Below, piece by piece: positions 9,647-19,221 of a stretch of 64,000 nt of DNA. Source of the stretch: an uncultured bacterium. GTDB lineage: Bacteria > Muiribacteriota > Ozemobacteria > Ozemobacterales > Ozemobacteraceae. Numbering within the stretch: the stretch's first letter is position 1; each line of letters begins with the position of its first letter. The stretch covers positions 1,726-65,725 of the forward strand of contig ONIU01000005.1 in assembly GCA_900317935.1 (NCBI GenBank), written 5' to 3'. Made by a program: the position numbers and the translations under genes. Below the pieces are notes generated by a model, which saw only the letters and a program-made list of their open reading frames with translations, made no database searches and was not told the origin of the DNA.

Positions 9647-10864
9647 ATGAATTATAAGATACAATATAAATTTAACTTGTTTTTCAGATTAGTCTTTATC
9701 TCATTGGGCTTAATTGCTTTTCTTATTGGCTTTTTTGTTGATGGTATTAAACTCTTTGGAACAACGACCAATAAGGGTGCTTTTAAGCCGATAAAAGTAG
9801 GCATCTACAAAAGTATGATGGATAAAAGATTTAGATACCGATGGAAAGTTAAATACGAGTTTTTTATTAATAAAACAAAATATATTGGCAGCAAGTTTTT
9901 CAGAGGCGGTCCAGATAATATTGATTTTAAAAAAGAGATAGGTTATTTGGCTATTTACCCTAAAATTAACTGGTTAGAAACAGATGAGCCAAAAGGCATT
10001 AACCTGATATTGGGTTTTATTATAGGACAATTTTTTGTCTGGTTTGCATTCAGAAAAAAACTAATATATTCCCATGATTTATCTGTGGTAATTAATGGGG
10101 TTTACTTCAATAATACCGGTATTTTACCTGTAAGAGGCTTAGGTCCTTTAGCATATATATCTTTCATTTTTGAAGAAATAAAAAAAGGCTTTAAGAGAGT
10201 AATAAATATTAGAGTAATATTTATATTAGTCTATTTATTAGCTGTTTGGTATATCATTCTTTGGGCTAAAACCCAACAGTCTTATTCATCCTTGGCAGTA
10301 GTTCTTTCGTTCTTTTCTTATGCACAAGCCGGGGCACATGGAAATATAATAAATATTGCTGGTGGGTTAATAGGAAAAGTCTTTTTAATTTCTTTTCTTC
10401 TATATCCTGCTATTGAAGCAAGATATGAGACAAATTATCTTATTAGCCAACCGCCAAAAACTCTTTCTTTATTTGGCTTGATATCAAGTTTTGGTGCATT
10501 TATCCTAGGTATTGGAGCTTCTCTGATCTTTTTTAATTTTATGAGTTCTGGGTTTTGCAGAGAAGATTCTATAATCGGATTAATCATGTTTTTTATCTGT
10601 TATAAAGCTCATAAGAATATTAATAATCCTGTAATTGGTTTTATTAATTCTTTTGAAAAAGGCAATCCTCAGAATCCTAATGCCGCAAGAAAAATTTTAT
10701 TGGGGGCTTCCCTAGGTTTTTTGCTAGGTTTTTGTGTTATTTGGACTTCTTACACTTATTTAATTAATTATTTATTTGCTTCTTTAATATTTGGATGTGG
10801 TTTCTCTATTGTCTTAATCAGCTTTTTATTTAGAAATAATGATAATTCTGAGGAAATGATATGA
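9647..10864 (+). CDS. Polytopic membrane protein with N-terminal DUF3592-like beta domain
   Basis: 405 aa. TM, then RYRWKVKYEFFINKTKYIGSKF...IGYLAIYPKINW, then roughly 8 hydrophobic helices. Confidence 0.6.
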   Translation: MNYKIQYKFNLFFRLVFISLGLIAFLIGFFVDGIKLFGTTTNKGAFKPIKVGIYKSMMDKRFRYRWKVKYEFFINKTKYIGSKFFRGGPDNIDFKKEIGYLAIYPKINWLETDEPKGINLILGFIIGQFFVWFAFRKKLIYSHDLSVVINGVYFNNTGILPVRGLGPLAYISFIFEEIKKGFKRVINIRVIFILVYLLAVWYIILWAKTQQSYSSLAVVLSFFSYAQAGAHGNIINIAGGLIGKVFLISFLLYPAIEARYETNYLISQPPKTLSLFGLISSFGAFILGIGASLIFFNFMSSGFCREDSIIGLIMFFICYKAHKNINNPVIGFINSFEKGNPQNPNAARKILLGASLGFLLGFCVIWTSYTYLINYLFASLIFGCGFSIVLISFLFRNNDNSEEMI

Positions 10865-11883
10865 AAAAAATAAACTTTTTCTTATTAATTTTTATTTTTA
10901 TCTTTGTTTCTATTGCTTGTTTTGCCAGAGATGGACAAATTGATATTGAAGAATTAATAAAAAGAAAAGAAGCTGAAAATCAAAGCTTAGAAAAGATTTC
11001 TTCAGCTTTAAATCAAATTACAGAAAAAGATAAAAATGAATTAACAAAAAAAATTAATCCTTTTTTAAGAAATGAAGATGATGAAATTGTTAAATTTGAT
11101 GATTCAAATGATGAAATAAGTTTGGAATATTTTATAAATATATTTAATGATAATGTGGTTCGTAAAGCTGTTATTGATTCTATCAATAAAGCCTCTGAAT
11201 ATATTAAAAATAAAACAGAACAAACTAATGAGATAGAATTGCCTTATTCCATCATTCCATTTATTATCAGTATTTTTGCATCCTTGTTTATTTGTTCTAT
11301 TTCTACTGTTTCTGGGAAAGAGGCTTCTGTTTTTCCAATGGTAATCAAAGATGCTGTACCTGATTGGAAGTCTGTTGATAAAAAATTGAATAATCTAGTA
11401 AAAAATAAGATAATTCCACTAAAGGTAAAAAAATATAGACAAGATAAGGATACTAATAATTTAAGTACAATTGCTGATACTTTAGAAGCTACATATGGAT
11501 ATGATTACGATTCATGGATGAATGCAGGCCAACAAGCCTTGTTTAATTTGGAAAGTTTTTCTAATAATAATGAATTTAAAAATGTTTATAATCACTTTAA
11601 GAAAAAAAGAGTTGTTTATGGCCGCATTTTAGATGAAGCTTTGGCTGAAGCAGATGATGCTGATAAAGTTCTGATTGATATAGAAGATAAAAATAATTCC
11701 TTGTTGAGTTTGTTAATTAAAAGTCGACTGACAAATAAGGTTGCCGGAGACGATATAAATGCTAATAACTCTATGTTGGAGCAGACAGATTTAGCATATA
11801 TAACTGTTTTTTCAGATAATACAGAAATTGGTCAGAATGCAGATAATGCAAATGATTTCTGGGCTGGGCACGCTTGGGTTTAA
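10861..11883 (+). CDS. Hypothetical membrane-anchored coiled-coil protein
   Basis: 340 aa. ATGA overlap with the upstream gene. Signal/anchor sequence, charged coiled-coil region, one internal TM helix, and no recognised domain. Confidence 0.6.
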   Translation: MKKINFFLLIFIFIFVSIACFARDGQIDIEELIKRKEAENQSLEKISSALNQITEKDKNELTKKINPFLRNEDDEIVKFDDSNDEISLEYFINIFNDNVVRKAVIDSINKASEYIKNKTEQTNEIELPYSIIPFIISIFASLFICSISTVSGKEASVFPMVIKDAVPDWKSVDKKLNNLVKNKIIPLKVKKYRQDKDTNNLSTIADTLEATYGYDYDSWMNAGQQALFNLESFSNNNEFKNVYNHFKKKRVVYGRILDEALAEADDADKVLIDIEDKNNSLLSLLIKSRLTNKVAGDDINANNSMLEQTDLAYITVFSDNTEIGQNADNANDFWAGHAWV

Positions 11884-11898
11884 TTGGAGTTTTATTTA

Positions 11899-12801
11899 AT
11901 GACTATGAATTTTTATAGATTGAGCTTGGATAGTTATAAGTTATTTCTCTCAGCATCTGGTTTTTTACCCACTAAGTTGTCTGCAGCATATGTAGAAACA
12001 AATGAAATCTCTAATGCAGAAGATTTGAAGCAGGCTGAAGAAAATGGTTTGTTACAGGATGGAAAGATTACTAATGAAGGTTCTTTAATTGCTTCGATTA
12101 TATCAAATCCAGAAAAAACTGTAATAGCATCAAACAGTAGTTTCGGAAGGGTTCCATTATGCTTCTTCTGTTTTAAAGAAGGTTTCTGGGCTTTTGTTTC
12201 AATGGATTACACTAATAAGTTTGTGAGTTTATTAGCACCTATAGAAAGTAAAGATATAATATCAATAGCAAAAGATGCTTTAATTGGTAAACTTCAGATT
12301 ACTAATTATTCTCCTTTCTCAATTTCTTTGTCTAATGATGAATTAATGATTTATAACATGGTTTTAATGTTAATGGGGAAGAGATCAAAAGAAAAATCAG
12401 AGCCTCTGTTGCCACTAGATTGTCGTTTCAATTATGAAGAATTAATAATTAATAGAGATTTTGCGAAGCAGGTTCTTGCAGGAGAGGTTTTATCTGAAAA
12501 CTCAGAAGTTTTAACTCTTATTAAAGACCCTGAAAGATGCAAAAATGCTGTAAATAAATTAATAGAAAAGCAGATATTGGCAAAAAGCCAGATAAAAGGT
12601 TATTTGCAACCTGGTATTACTATGTTTTACAGATTGGCTCCTCAAAAGGGAATGTTCATTTTATCTTATTCAGATTTAGAGACAAAAAAAGGGAAAAAAT
12701 ACTATGTTTTTCCTAATTCAATAATTGAAGTTACTGCTGATAGAAATTCACTTACTTTTTCTGCCGCTCAGGATATTGACTATTCACTTTGGAAAGTATA
12801 A
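11899..12801 (+). CDS. Hypothetical cytoplasmic protein
   Basis: ORF track starts at TTG 11884, directly after the upstream stop. I prefer ATG 11899, 9 nt after GGAG (11886-11889). No recognised domain. Confidence 0.55.
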   Translation: MTMNFYRLSLDSYKLFLSASGFLPTKLSAAYVETNEISNAEDLKQAEENGLLQDGKITNEGSLIASIISNPEKTVIASNSSFGRVPLCFFCFKEGFWAFVSMDYTNKFVSLLAPIESKDIISIAKDALIGKLQITNYSPFSISLSNDELMIYNMVLMLMGKRSKEKSEPLLPLDCRFNYEELIINRDFAKQVLAGEVLSENSEVLTLIKDPERCKNAVNKLIEKQILAKSQIKGYLQPGITMFYRLAPQKGMFILSYSDLETKKGKKYYVFPNSIIEVTADRNSLTFSAAQDIDYSLWKV

Positions 12802-12803
12802 AA

Positions 12804-12831
12804 AACGCCAAGTTATACTTGACGTTTTTTT
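12804..12831. terminator. Bidirectional rho-independent terminator
   Basis: AACGCCAAGT-TATA-CTTGACGTT hairpin flanked by an A-run and a T-run, between the convergent 11899..12801(+) and speA(-). Confidence 0.7.
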
Positions 12832-12877
12832 ATCTAATTTCTAAGTTTCTCTGTCTGCTATATTAAATAGCAACAGG

Positions 12878-14782
12878 TTATTCCAGATAAGTGTAGCCGT
12901 AGAGGCCGGAACAGTATATAGCCAGAAATTCTTTTCCTTCTTTGTTGGTAATCTTACCTTCTTTTATTGCTGCAGAAACCCAGGTTTCAATAGTTCTTAC
13001 AAGTTTCTTTGAATCATACTGAACGTAGTCAAGAACGTCTGAAACTGTTTCACCGGCAATTATTTCTTCAATGTTATAAGTGCCGTCTTCGTTTATTGTA
13101 ACGTGAACTGTATTCGTATCACCGAAGAGGTTATGCATGTCACCAAGGATTTCCTGGTAAGCACCTACCATAAATACACCAATATAGTAGTTTTCATACA
13201 TTTTTAATGAATGTAGAGTTAAAGTTGGATTGTAACTGCGATTCCCAATAAAGCGTTCAATCTTTCCGTCAGAATCACAGGTGATATCCTGCAGATTTGC
13301 TCTATGAGTTGGTTTTTCATCTAATCTATGAAGAGGCATTACTGGGAATAGTTGGTCGATTGCCCAATGGTCAGGTAATGACTGGAACATAGAGAAGTTA
13401 CAGAAATATTTTTCAGCAAGAATCTTATCTAAGTCGGTTAAATCTTCGAGACCATGTTTTGATTCTTTTGCCAAATCAGCGATTTCATGAGCTATAGTCC
13501 AGAAAATCTTTTCGACTTTTGCACGATTCTTAAGGTCTAAGAGACCAAGACCGAATAAATCTAAAGATTCTTCGCGAAGCTGCAAAGCATCATGCCAGCA
13601 TTCTATCATCGTTAAATCTGTAATAGAATCAAGAACAGTAAACATGTCTCGAACTAATTCGTGGTCTTCTTTAGTTATGCTATTTTTAAGTTCTTCAATA
13701 GTAGATCTTGGAGGACAAGTGCTTTCAAGAACATTGAAAACAAGCATTGAGTGGTGTGCTGTTAATGCTCTACCAGATTCTGTTATTAGATTTGGGTGAT
13801 TAAGATTGTTTTTATCTGCTGCTTCCTGAAGAGCTGACACAGCGTCATTTGCATATTCCTGAATAGAATAATTTATACTGCTGGATATAGTTGTGCGGGT
13901 GCCGTCATAGTCAACACCTAAACCGCCGCCTATATCAACATATTCAATGTTACATCCCATTTTGCTTAACTGAACAAAGAATTGAGAAGATTCTTTCAAA
14001 CCATGCTTAATTTTGCGGATATTTGTAATCTGGCTGCCGAGATGTGCATGAATAAGCTTTATGCTGTCTAGCATATCTTCGCTTTTCATGTATTCTACAG
14101 CTTCGACTATTTCCATTGGTGTTAAACCGAATTTGCTCTTGTCGCCACCAGATTCTTCCCATTTACCACTGCCGAATGCAGCTAATTTAATTCTGATTCC
14201 AATATTGGGCTTAACATTATGTTCTTTGGAAAGCTTGGCCATTAGTTTCAGTTCATTAAGTTTTTCTGCAACTATAAAGATTTTTTTGCCCATTTTTGTT
14301 GCTAAAAGAGCTAATTCTATGAATTCTTTATCCTTATAGCCATTGCAGACTATTATGGTATCTGGGTTTTCTGTCATGCCCAAAACAGCATGAAGTTCTG
14401 GCTTAGAGCCAGCTTCCATACCTATATTGAATTTCTGTCCATATTTGACAATTTCATCAACAACAGGCTGCATTTGATTAACTTTTATTGGATAAACGGT
14501 ATGATACTGTCCTTTAAAATTATATTCTTCAGAGGCTTTTTTAAAACATTCTGCTAGTGTCTCAATGCGTTCGTCAAGTATATCAGGAAATCTTAATAAT
14601 ACTGGACAGGAAACGTCTTTGTTTGATAAATCATCAAGAAGTTCTTTTATATCTATGGCTTTATTTGGATCACGATGGGGCATAACAGTAACGTTGCCTT
14701 TGTCGTTTACACCAAAATAGCCGATTCCCCAGCCATCGATATTATACAACTCTACAGAATCTTCAATACGCCATTTACGCAT
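12878..14782 (-). CDS. speA: Biosynthetic arginine decarboxylase
   Basis: 634 aa. Typical SpeA N-terminus (W.IEDS..LYNIDGWG.GYFGVN..GNV) and PLP-lysine context VYPIKVNQ. GGAGG RBS. Confidence 0.95.
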   Translation of the reverse strand: MRKWRIEDSVELYNIDGWGIGYFGVNDKGNVTVMPHRDPNKAIDIKELLDDLSNKDVSCPVLLRFPDILDERIETLAECFKKASEEYNFKGQYHTVYPIKVNQMQPVVDEIVKYGQKFNIGMEAGSKPELHAVLGMTENPDTIIVCNGYKDKEFIELALLATKMGKKIFIVAEKLNELKLMAKLSKEHNVKPNIGIRIKLAAFGSGKWEESGGDKSKFGLTPMEIVEAVEYMKSEDMLDSIKLIHAHLGSQITNIRKIKHGLKESSQFFVQLSKMGCNIEYVDIGGGLGVDYDGTRTTISSSINYSIQEYANDAVSALQEAADKNNLNHPNLITESGRALTAHHSMLVFNVLESTCPPRSTIEELKNSITKEDHELVRDMFTVLDSITDLTMIECWHDALQLREESLDLFGLGLLDLKNRAKVEKIFWTIAHEIADLAKESKHGLEDLTDLDKILAEKYFCNFSMFQSLPDHWAIDQLFPVMPLHRLDEKPTHRANLQDITCDSDGKIERFIGNRSYNPTLTLHSLKMYENYYIGVFMVGAYQEILGDMHNLFGDTNTVHVTINEDGTYNIEEIIAGETVSDVLDYVQYDSKKLVRTIETWVSAAIKEGKITNKEGKEFLAIYCSGLYGYTYLE

Positions 14783-14967
14783 TTCTTAACCTCCGAGAAT
14801 GTCATTGAAGGTACATACTAATATTAAAATTCGCTTTTTACAAGTTTTTTTAATCTGTAGTTCCCTTTTGAATATGACTTATTTTTTTAGTAATAAAGAA
14901 TAACAAAATTGACTTTAAGAAAGTCTTTGATAAAATAAAAACAAATTATTATATATGAGAAAACATA

Positions 14968-15645
14968 ATGTTGATAGCTATTTATTTTTTTCATGCTTTT
15001 GCGTTTATTATTTGTATTCTTTATTTACTACCATCTACAAAAAGATGTGATAATTATTATAGAGAATTATTTCGCAAGAATTTTCCGACTTTTTATCCTT
15101 TGAGTTTTTGGGTGTTTATAATCGTATTCTTTTATTTCCTTATTGATGTTTTATCAAAGGGTTGGATTGGTGTTAATTACATTGATTCTTTTGATACTAA
15201 AAAATGTTATATAATTATGGCTGTTTATGCTGTAATCATATTTAAACTTTTGTTGAGTAAAGTAAGAAATGAGATTTTAAATGTTAGCCAAGAATTAAAA
15301 AATCGAAGAATTTGGGCGGTACCTTTTTCATATATTATTTTATATACTTCTTCCGTATTACTTAGTGTAGTATTCTTTCATTTTACGAATCATTTCCTTG
15401 ATTTCTCATTTGGAGAAGAACATGTAGTCACAGTTACTACTAGTTCTAGGAATACTGTAGGCAACAGAAGAAAAGGGCATACAGTTTTTGAAATATCCTT
15501 TAGACCAAGTGTTTATAAACTTCATAAACTTGAAGTTTCAAGAGTAACTCAGGGCCTTATTAGCAGTGGAAATAAAATTAAGATTTATGTTTACAAAGGT
15601 TTGTATGGTGTCAGGTATGTGAGTAATAGAATAGATTTGAAATAA
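14968..15645 (+). CDS. 4-TM membrane protein with conserved C-terminal beta domain, paralog 1
   Basis: 225 aa. Shares architecture and the motifs NHFLD ... V.V ... P..(Y/C)(K/G)L ..EVS ... G..(I/L)K..V.KGL.G.(R/K)Y with 15658, 16412 and 18412(-). Confidence 0.65.
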   Translation: MLIAIYFFHAFAFIICILYLLPSTKRCDNYYRELFRKNFPTFYPLSFWVFIIVFFYFLIDVLSKGWIGVNYIDSFDTKKCYIIMAVYAVIIFKLLLSKVRNEILNVSQELKNRRIWAVPFSYIILYTSSVLLSVVFFHFTNHFLDFSFGEEHVVTVTTSSRNTVGNRRKGHTVFEISFRPSVYKLHKLEVSRVTQGLISSGNKIKIYVYKGLYGVRYVSNRIDLK

Positions 15646-15657
15646 AGGGGAAAAGAA

Positions 15658-16335
15658 ATGGGTATTAATATTGTAATTATTCATATTGTAATTGCCGTTA
15701 TTACTTTTCTTTACTATATACCTAAAAGAACAGATATTTATGGCGATTTCTATTATGAAAGCGAGTTTAACGAAAATTTCCCAATATTTAGTAAAACCGG
15801 TTATTGGTTTTTTGTCCTACTATTAATATATATTATTGTAGATCATCTTTGGTTAAACTATTTTTACATAGATTATTTTGAGGATTCATTTTTTATAATA
15901 ATAGTTGCAGTTTTAGCTCTTCCTATTTTCGGAATTTTATATAGGTTTTATTTTCAAGAAATATACTTTGTCAGTGACAAATTCAAGAAAAAGAGGAAAT
16001 TCGTTGTTGAAACTATTTTTCTTTATTTATACTCTGTATCTGTATTAATTAGTTGTGCATTAATATATAATGCTAATCATTTCTTAGATAATTCTGCCCC
16101 TATTGAACACAAAGTAAAAGTATTAGAAGCAAGAACTTATGTTACTGGTTCTGGAAAAAGCCGTACTCGTCACTATGATTTAACTGTTGAACCACCTATT
16201 TGTGGTCTAAAAATTGTCGAGGTTCCAAAGGAAAATTTTAGACTCTGTCATAAAGGTATCAACGTAAAACTATATGTTGGTAATGGATTATTTGGACAAA
16301 GATATTTAACTAAAAAAATGGTTGTTATAAAATAA
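15658..16335 (+). CDS. 4-TM membrane protein family, paralog 2
   Basis: 225 aa with AAGGGGA RBS. Same architecture, with C-terminus EHKVKVLEAR...LTVEPPICGLKIVEVP...NVKLYVGNGLFGQRY. Confidence 0.65.
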   Translation: MGINIVIIHIVIAVITFLYYIPKRTDIYGDFYYESEFNENFPIFSKTGYWFFVLLLIYIIVDHLWLNYFYIDYFEDSFFIIIVAVLALPIFGILYRFYFQEIYFVSDKFKKKRKFVVETIFLYLYSVSVLISCALIYNANHFLDNSAPIEHKVKVLEARTYVTGSGKSRTRHYDLTVEPPICGLKIVEVPKENFRLCHKGINVKLYVGNGLFGQRYLTKKMVVIK

Positions 16336-16411
16336 ATAAGTATGTTTATTTATTAAATTAGTTATTGCTTTATTATATAAATATATATTTGAGTTTTTCG
16401 GAGATAATAAT

Positions 16412-17068
16412 GTGTTTTCGTATTATTTTTTAGTATTTCATGTAATTCTACTTTTTCTTTCACTTGTTTATTTTACTCCCAAAAAAGATGATAATGGTTA
16501 TACTGTTTTATTTGAAGAGAGTTTCCCTGTTTTTTATCAGGTATACTTTTGGTTTATACTAATCGACGTTTTTTATGTAATGGCCAATCTATGGTTTATA
16601 TATTATATTTATATAGATCAATTTAATGACTTGCTTAGCATTATGCTTATTATGATTTTAGCAGCAGTTATTTTTTTCTTAATATATAGTAAGTTTAAAG
16701 GTGAAATACTTTACCCAACTGATGAAGTTAAAAATAGAAAAAAACATATCGTTGTTTCCATTATTCTGTATATATATGCGGCCTCTGTTTTATTCAGTAT
16801 TATGATATTACATTCGGTAAATCATTTTTTGGATTTTCGACCTAAAACTGAGTACAAAGTAACTGTTCAAGATTTCTATTACCAAAGAGGTAATAAAAGA
16901 GGTTATTTTATGTTTTTAATAGATCCTCCTGTTTGTGGACTTAATAAAATTGAAGTTTCTAATACAATTTATAATGAAGCTGAAAAAGGAAAAACTCTGA
17001 AGCTCTTTGTTTGTAAGGGACTATTAGGGCAAAAATATTTCAGTAAAAAAATGGAATGGGTAAAATAA
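16412..17068 (+). CDS. 4-TM membrane protein family, paralog 3
   Basis: 218 aa. GTG start 8 nt after GGAG. C-terminus EYKVTVQDF...LIDPPVCGLNKIEVS...LKLFVCKGLLGQKY. Confidence 0.6.
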   Translation: MFSYYFLVFHVILLFLSLVYFTPKKDDNGYTVLFEESFPVFYQVYFWFILIDVFYVMANLWFIYYIYIDQFNDLLSIMLIMILAAVIFFLIYSKFKGEILYPTDEVKNRKKHIVVSIILYIYAASVLFSIMILHSVNHFLDFRPKTEYKVTVQDFYYQRGNKRGYFMFLIDPPVCGLNKIEVSNTIYNEAEKGKTLKLFVCKGLLGQKYFSKKMEWVK

Positions 17069-17073
17069 GTTTT

Positions 17074-17670
17074 TTACTTATACAATTTGGTAAACATAAG
17101 TTTTTCCAATCTGTCTTTGGCATAGTTATTCAGCGGTGATTCAAATACAAAACCCAGAGTATTTTTTCTGGTTAAGCCAATTATAGTAGGAATATCATAT
17201 TCGATTTTTAAACTTCTTCCAACTATTGCGTGATTGTCTATAACTACTGGTATAGCGATACTGAATTCACGTAATGCTTTTTCGTTTCGTTCTCGGTGGT
17301 CTGCAAACTCTGTGCTGTCAGGATTAAACACCCAGATAATATCACAAAAATTATTGTATTTATGAGCAAGATAATGGGCCCATTTCTTTATATCATGTCT
17401 TAAAGCCCATTTGCCAGTAATAATGAGCAGTGGTCTACTTAAACCATAACGATTAGTCCACTGTCTTCCATTAAGGTCAGTAAAATCGAAAACATTGAAG
17501 TCTTCATAGGTTCTAACTTTTCTAAGACTGTAAGGGGGCAGGGGCTTTTTGTCTATATCAAGTTCGGGGTCATCATCAACGAACTGAGCATAGCAAAGAT
17601 TATTTGCTAGAAATAATGCTAGTAGTATAGATGATAGTATTTCTTTTCTCATTAACTTAGAGGTTTCCAA
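17074..17670 (-). CDS. Hypothetical secreted protein
   Basis: 198 aa with an N-terminal signal-like helix (ILSSILLALFLANNLCYA). No recognised catalytic motif. Confidence 0.6.
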   Translation of the reverse strand: METSKLMRKEILSSILLALFLANNLCYAQFVDDDPELDIDKKPLPPYSLRKVRTYEDFNVFDFTDLNGRQWTNRYGLSRPLLIITGKWALRHDIKKWAHYLAHKYNNFCDIIWVFNPDSTEFADHRERNEKALREFSIAIPVVIDNHAIVGRSLKIEYDIPTIIGLTRKNTLGFVFESPLNNYAKDRLEKLMFTKLYK

Positions 17671-17758
17671 TCATGATTTATAAATTTATCGTCACCCTAG
17701 ATTAAAAGAATTATTAATAAAATGGTATATCAATCCAAATTTCTGTTATTATATAATT

Positions 17759-18397
17759 ATGAAGATTAAAAATATGAAACTAAATTTTAATCGAAAAGGC
17801 TCATGCTTAACAGTCTTAGGTATTGGTATTATTATAATAAATACATTAATTAATATGGCTGTACCTAATTTCCCTCGTACTCGATATTCTGCTAGATTAA
17901 AGGCATGTTTTTCAAACCAGAGAATTATACAAGGTGCTGTAGAAATGTATAATATGGATAATACGATTCCTATAGAAACGGCATTGCCTGGCCAAGCTTT
18001 TGAACAATGTGAAGAACTTCTGGTTAAAGAAAGATATTTAAAAAATTATATTGATTTAATCGAGCCGGAATGTTCTTATGGTTTTTTTGATATAGTTGGT
18101 TCTGGAACTATTTTCTGTAAGAAACATGGGAGTTGTGAACTATATTACCAAAAACATAATAGTGACGATATAGCTATGCCTTCATACGACAATTCTCTTG
18201 AAATTCCTTTTTCGCATCAATATCTTGAAAAAAGGAATAAAAGAATAAAAGAAAAAGAAATGCGTGATTTTTCCAATAGAGTATATTCTAATATTTTTAA
18301 TGTTTTATTTTCGCCAGTAACAGGCTTGTTGCTGGGAGTTATTTTAGTAGCTGCAGATATAATAAAAAGTAGCAAAAATGAAGATATTGCTGAATAA
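17759..18397 (+). CDS. Pilin-like membrane protein (GspG/type IV pilin-type N-terminal helix motif), C-terminal TM
   Basis: 212 aa. Hydrophobic N-terminal helix followed by ARLKACFSNQRIIQGAVEMYNMDN, resembling the pilin alpha1 continuation. There is no canonical G|F..E cleavage motif, and a second TM lies near the C-terminus. Confidence 0.45.
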   Translation: MKIKNMKLNFNRKGSCLTVLGIGIIIINTLINMAVPNFPRTRYSARLKACFSNQRIIQGAVEMYNMDNTIPIETALPGQAFEQCEELLVKERYLKNYIDLIEPECSYGFFDIVGSGTIFCKKHGSCELYYQKHNSDDIAMPSYDNSLEIPFSHQYLEKRNKRIKEKEMRDFSNRVYSNIFNVLFSPVTGLLLGVILVAADIIKSSKNEDIAE

Positions 18398-18411
18398 TAA
18401 AACTTTTATTG

Positions 18412-19188
18412 TTATTTAAGCAGTATTTCTTCTTTTTCAATAAATCTTGCTCCAAATAAGCCTTTCTTTATTGTTGCTTTTAATTTATTACCTTTTCGAG
18501 CTTTATTCAAGGTTTCATCTGATACAGAAATAAATCTATCGCCGTAAATGGCAGGTTCTACTACCAAAACATTGTAGTGTTTTCTTTCAAACAGACCTGA
18601 ATGTTCATACAAAACTTTAGTAACGTCTTTTATTTTTACTATTTTTTCTTCTGACTCCGGATCAGGCATATTGTAGTTTAAAAAACAGACAACAGAAGCG
18701 GTAATAAGAAAAGAAGAACAATAAACAAATAGTATTAAAGCAGGTTGAAAGTAAGTTCGGAAAGAATTTATCTGTTCAGAGACATTTTTATATTCAGGGT
18801 ATATAAAATATAAATAATAAGCGACTTCAACAAGAACAGATACCATGATTATAGGAATTGTCTGGTAATTTAAAATAGAGTCTATACATTCTCGGATACT
18901 AAATCTCATGTATCCAAATAAGAGTATTGCTATAATATAGTTAAGAATAACAAAAACGCTGATTATTTTAAACTTATGGAAAGTTTCATCAAAAAGCGCT
19001 TTATAAGCTACATTGTCGATATATTTTTGACTATGTTCATAATCTTCTTTTTTACAGATTCCTGTTTTATCTTGAAACCATTTAAAAAAGTTTTCATTAC
19101 GAATAAGCTTTACATCGTAATATAAATAAGCATAGCAGGCAATTCCAAAAATATGTAGAAAAAACAATATATTAAAAAAATAAGTCAT
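18412..19188 (-). CDS. 4-TM membrane protein family, divergent paralog 4
   Basis: 258 aa. Longer N-terminus but the same C-terminal pattern EKIVKIKDV...LVVEPAIYGDRFISVS...LKATIKKGLFGARF. Confidence 0.6.
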   Translation of the reverse strand: MTYFFNILFFLHIFGIACYAYLYYDVKLIRNENFFKWFQDKTGICKKEDYEHSQKYIDNVAYKALFDETFHKFKIISVFVILNYIIAILLFGYMRFSIRECIDSILNYQTIPIIMVSVLVEVAYYLYFIYPEYKNVSEQINSFRTYFQPALILFVYCSSFLITASVVCFLNYNMPDPESEEKIVKIKDVTKVLYEHSGLFERKHYNVLVVEPAIYGDRFISVSDETLNKARKGNKLKATIKKGLFGARFIEKEEILLK

Positions 19189-19221
19189 AAATAACTCTTT
19201 TCAATTTTTGTTCTAATTATA

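Noticed and set aside
10861-12801. The ORFs 10861..11883 and 11884..12801 are in the same frame, separated by a single TAA. This could indicate stop-codon readthrough, recoding or a pseudogene.
   Set aside because: Being in the same frame has a 1-in-3 chance. A GGAG plus ATG at 11899 provides a normal restart. TAA and TGA clearly terminate other well-recognised genes here. The sequence after the stop does not continue any recognisable domain.
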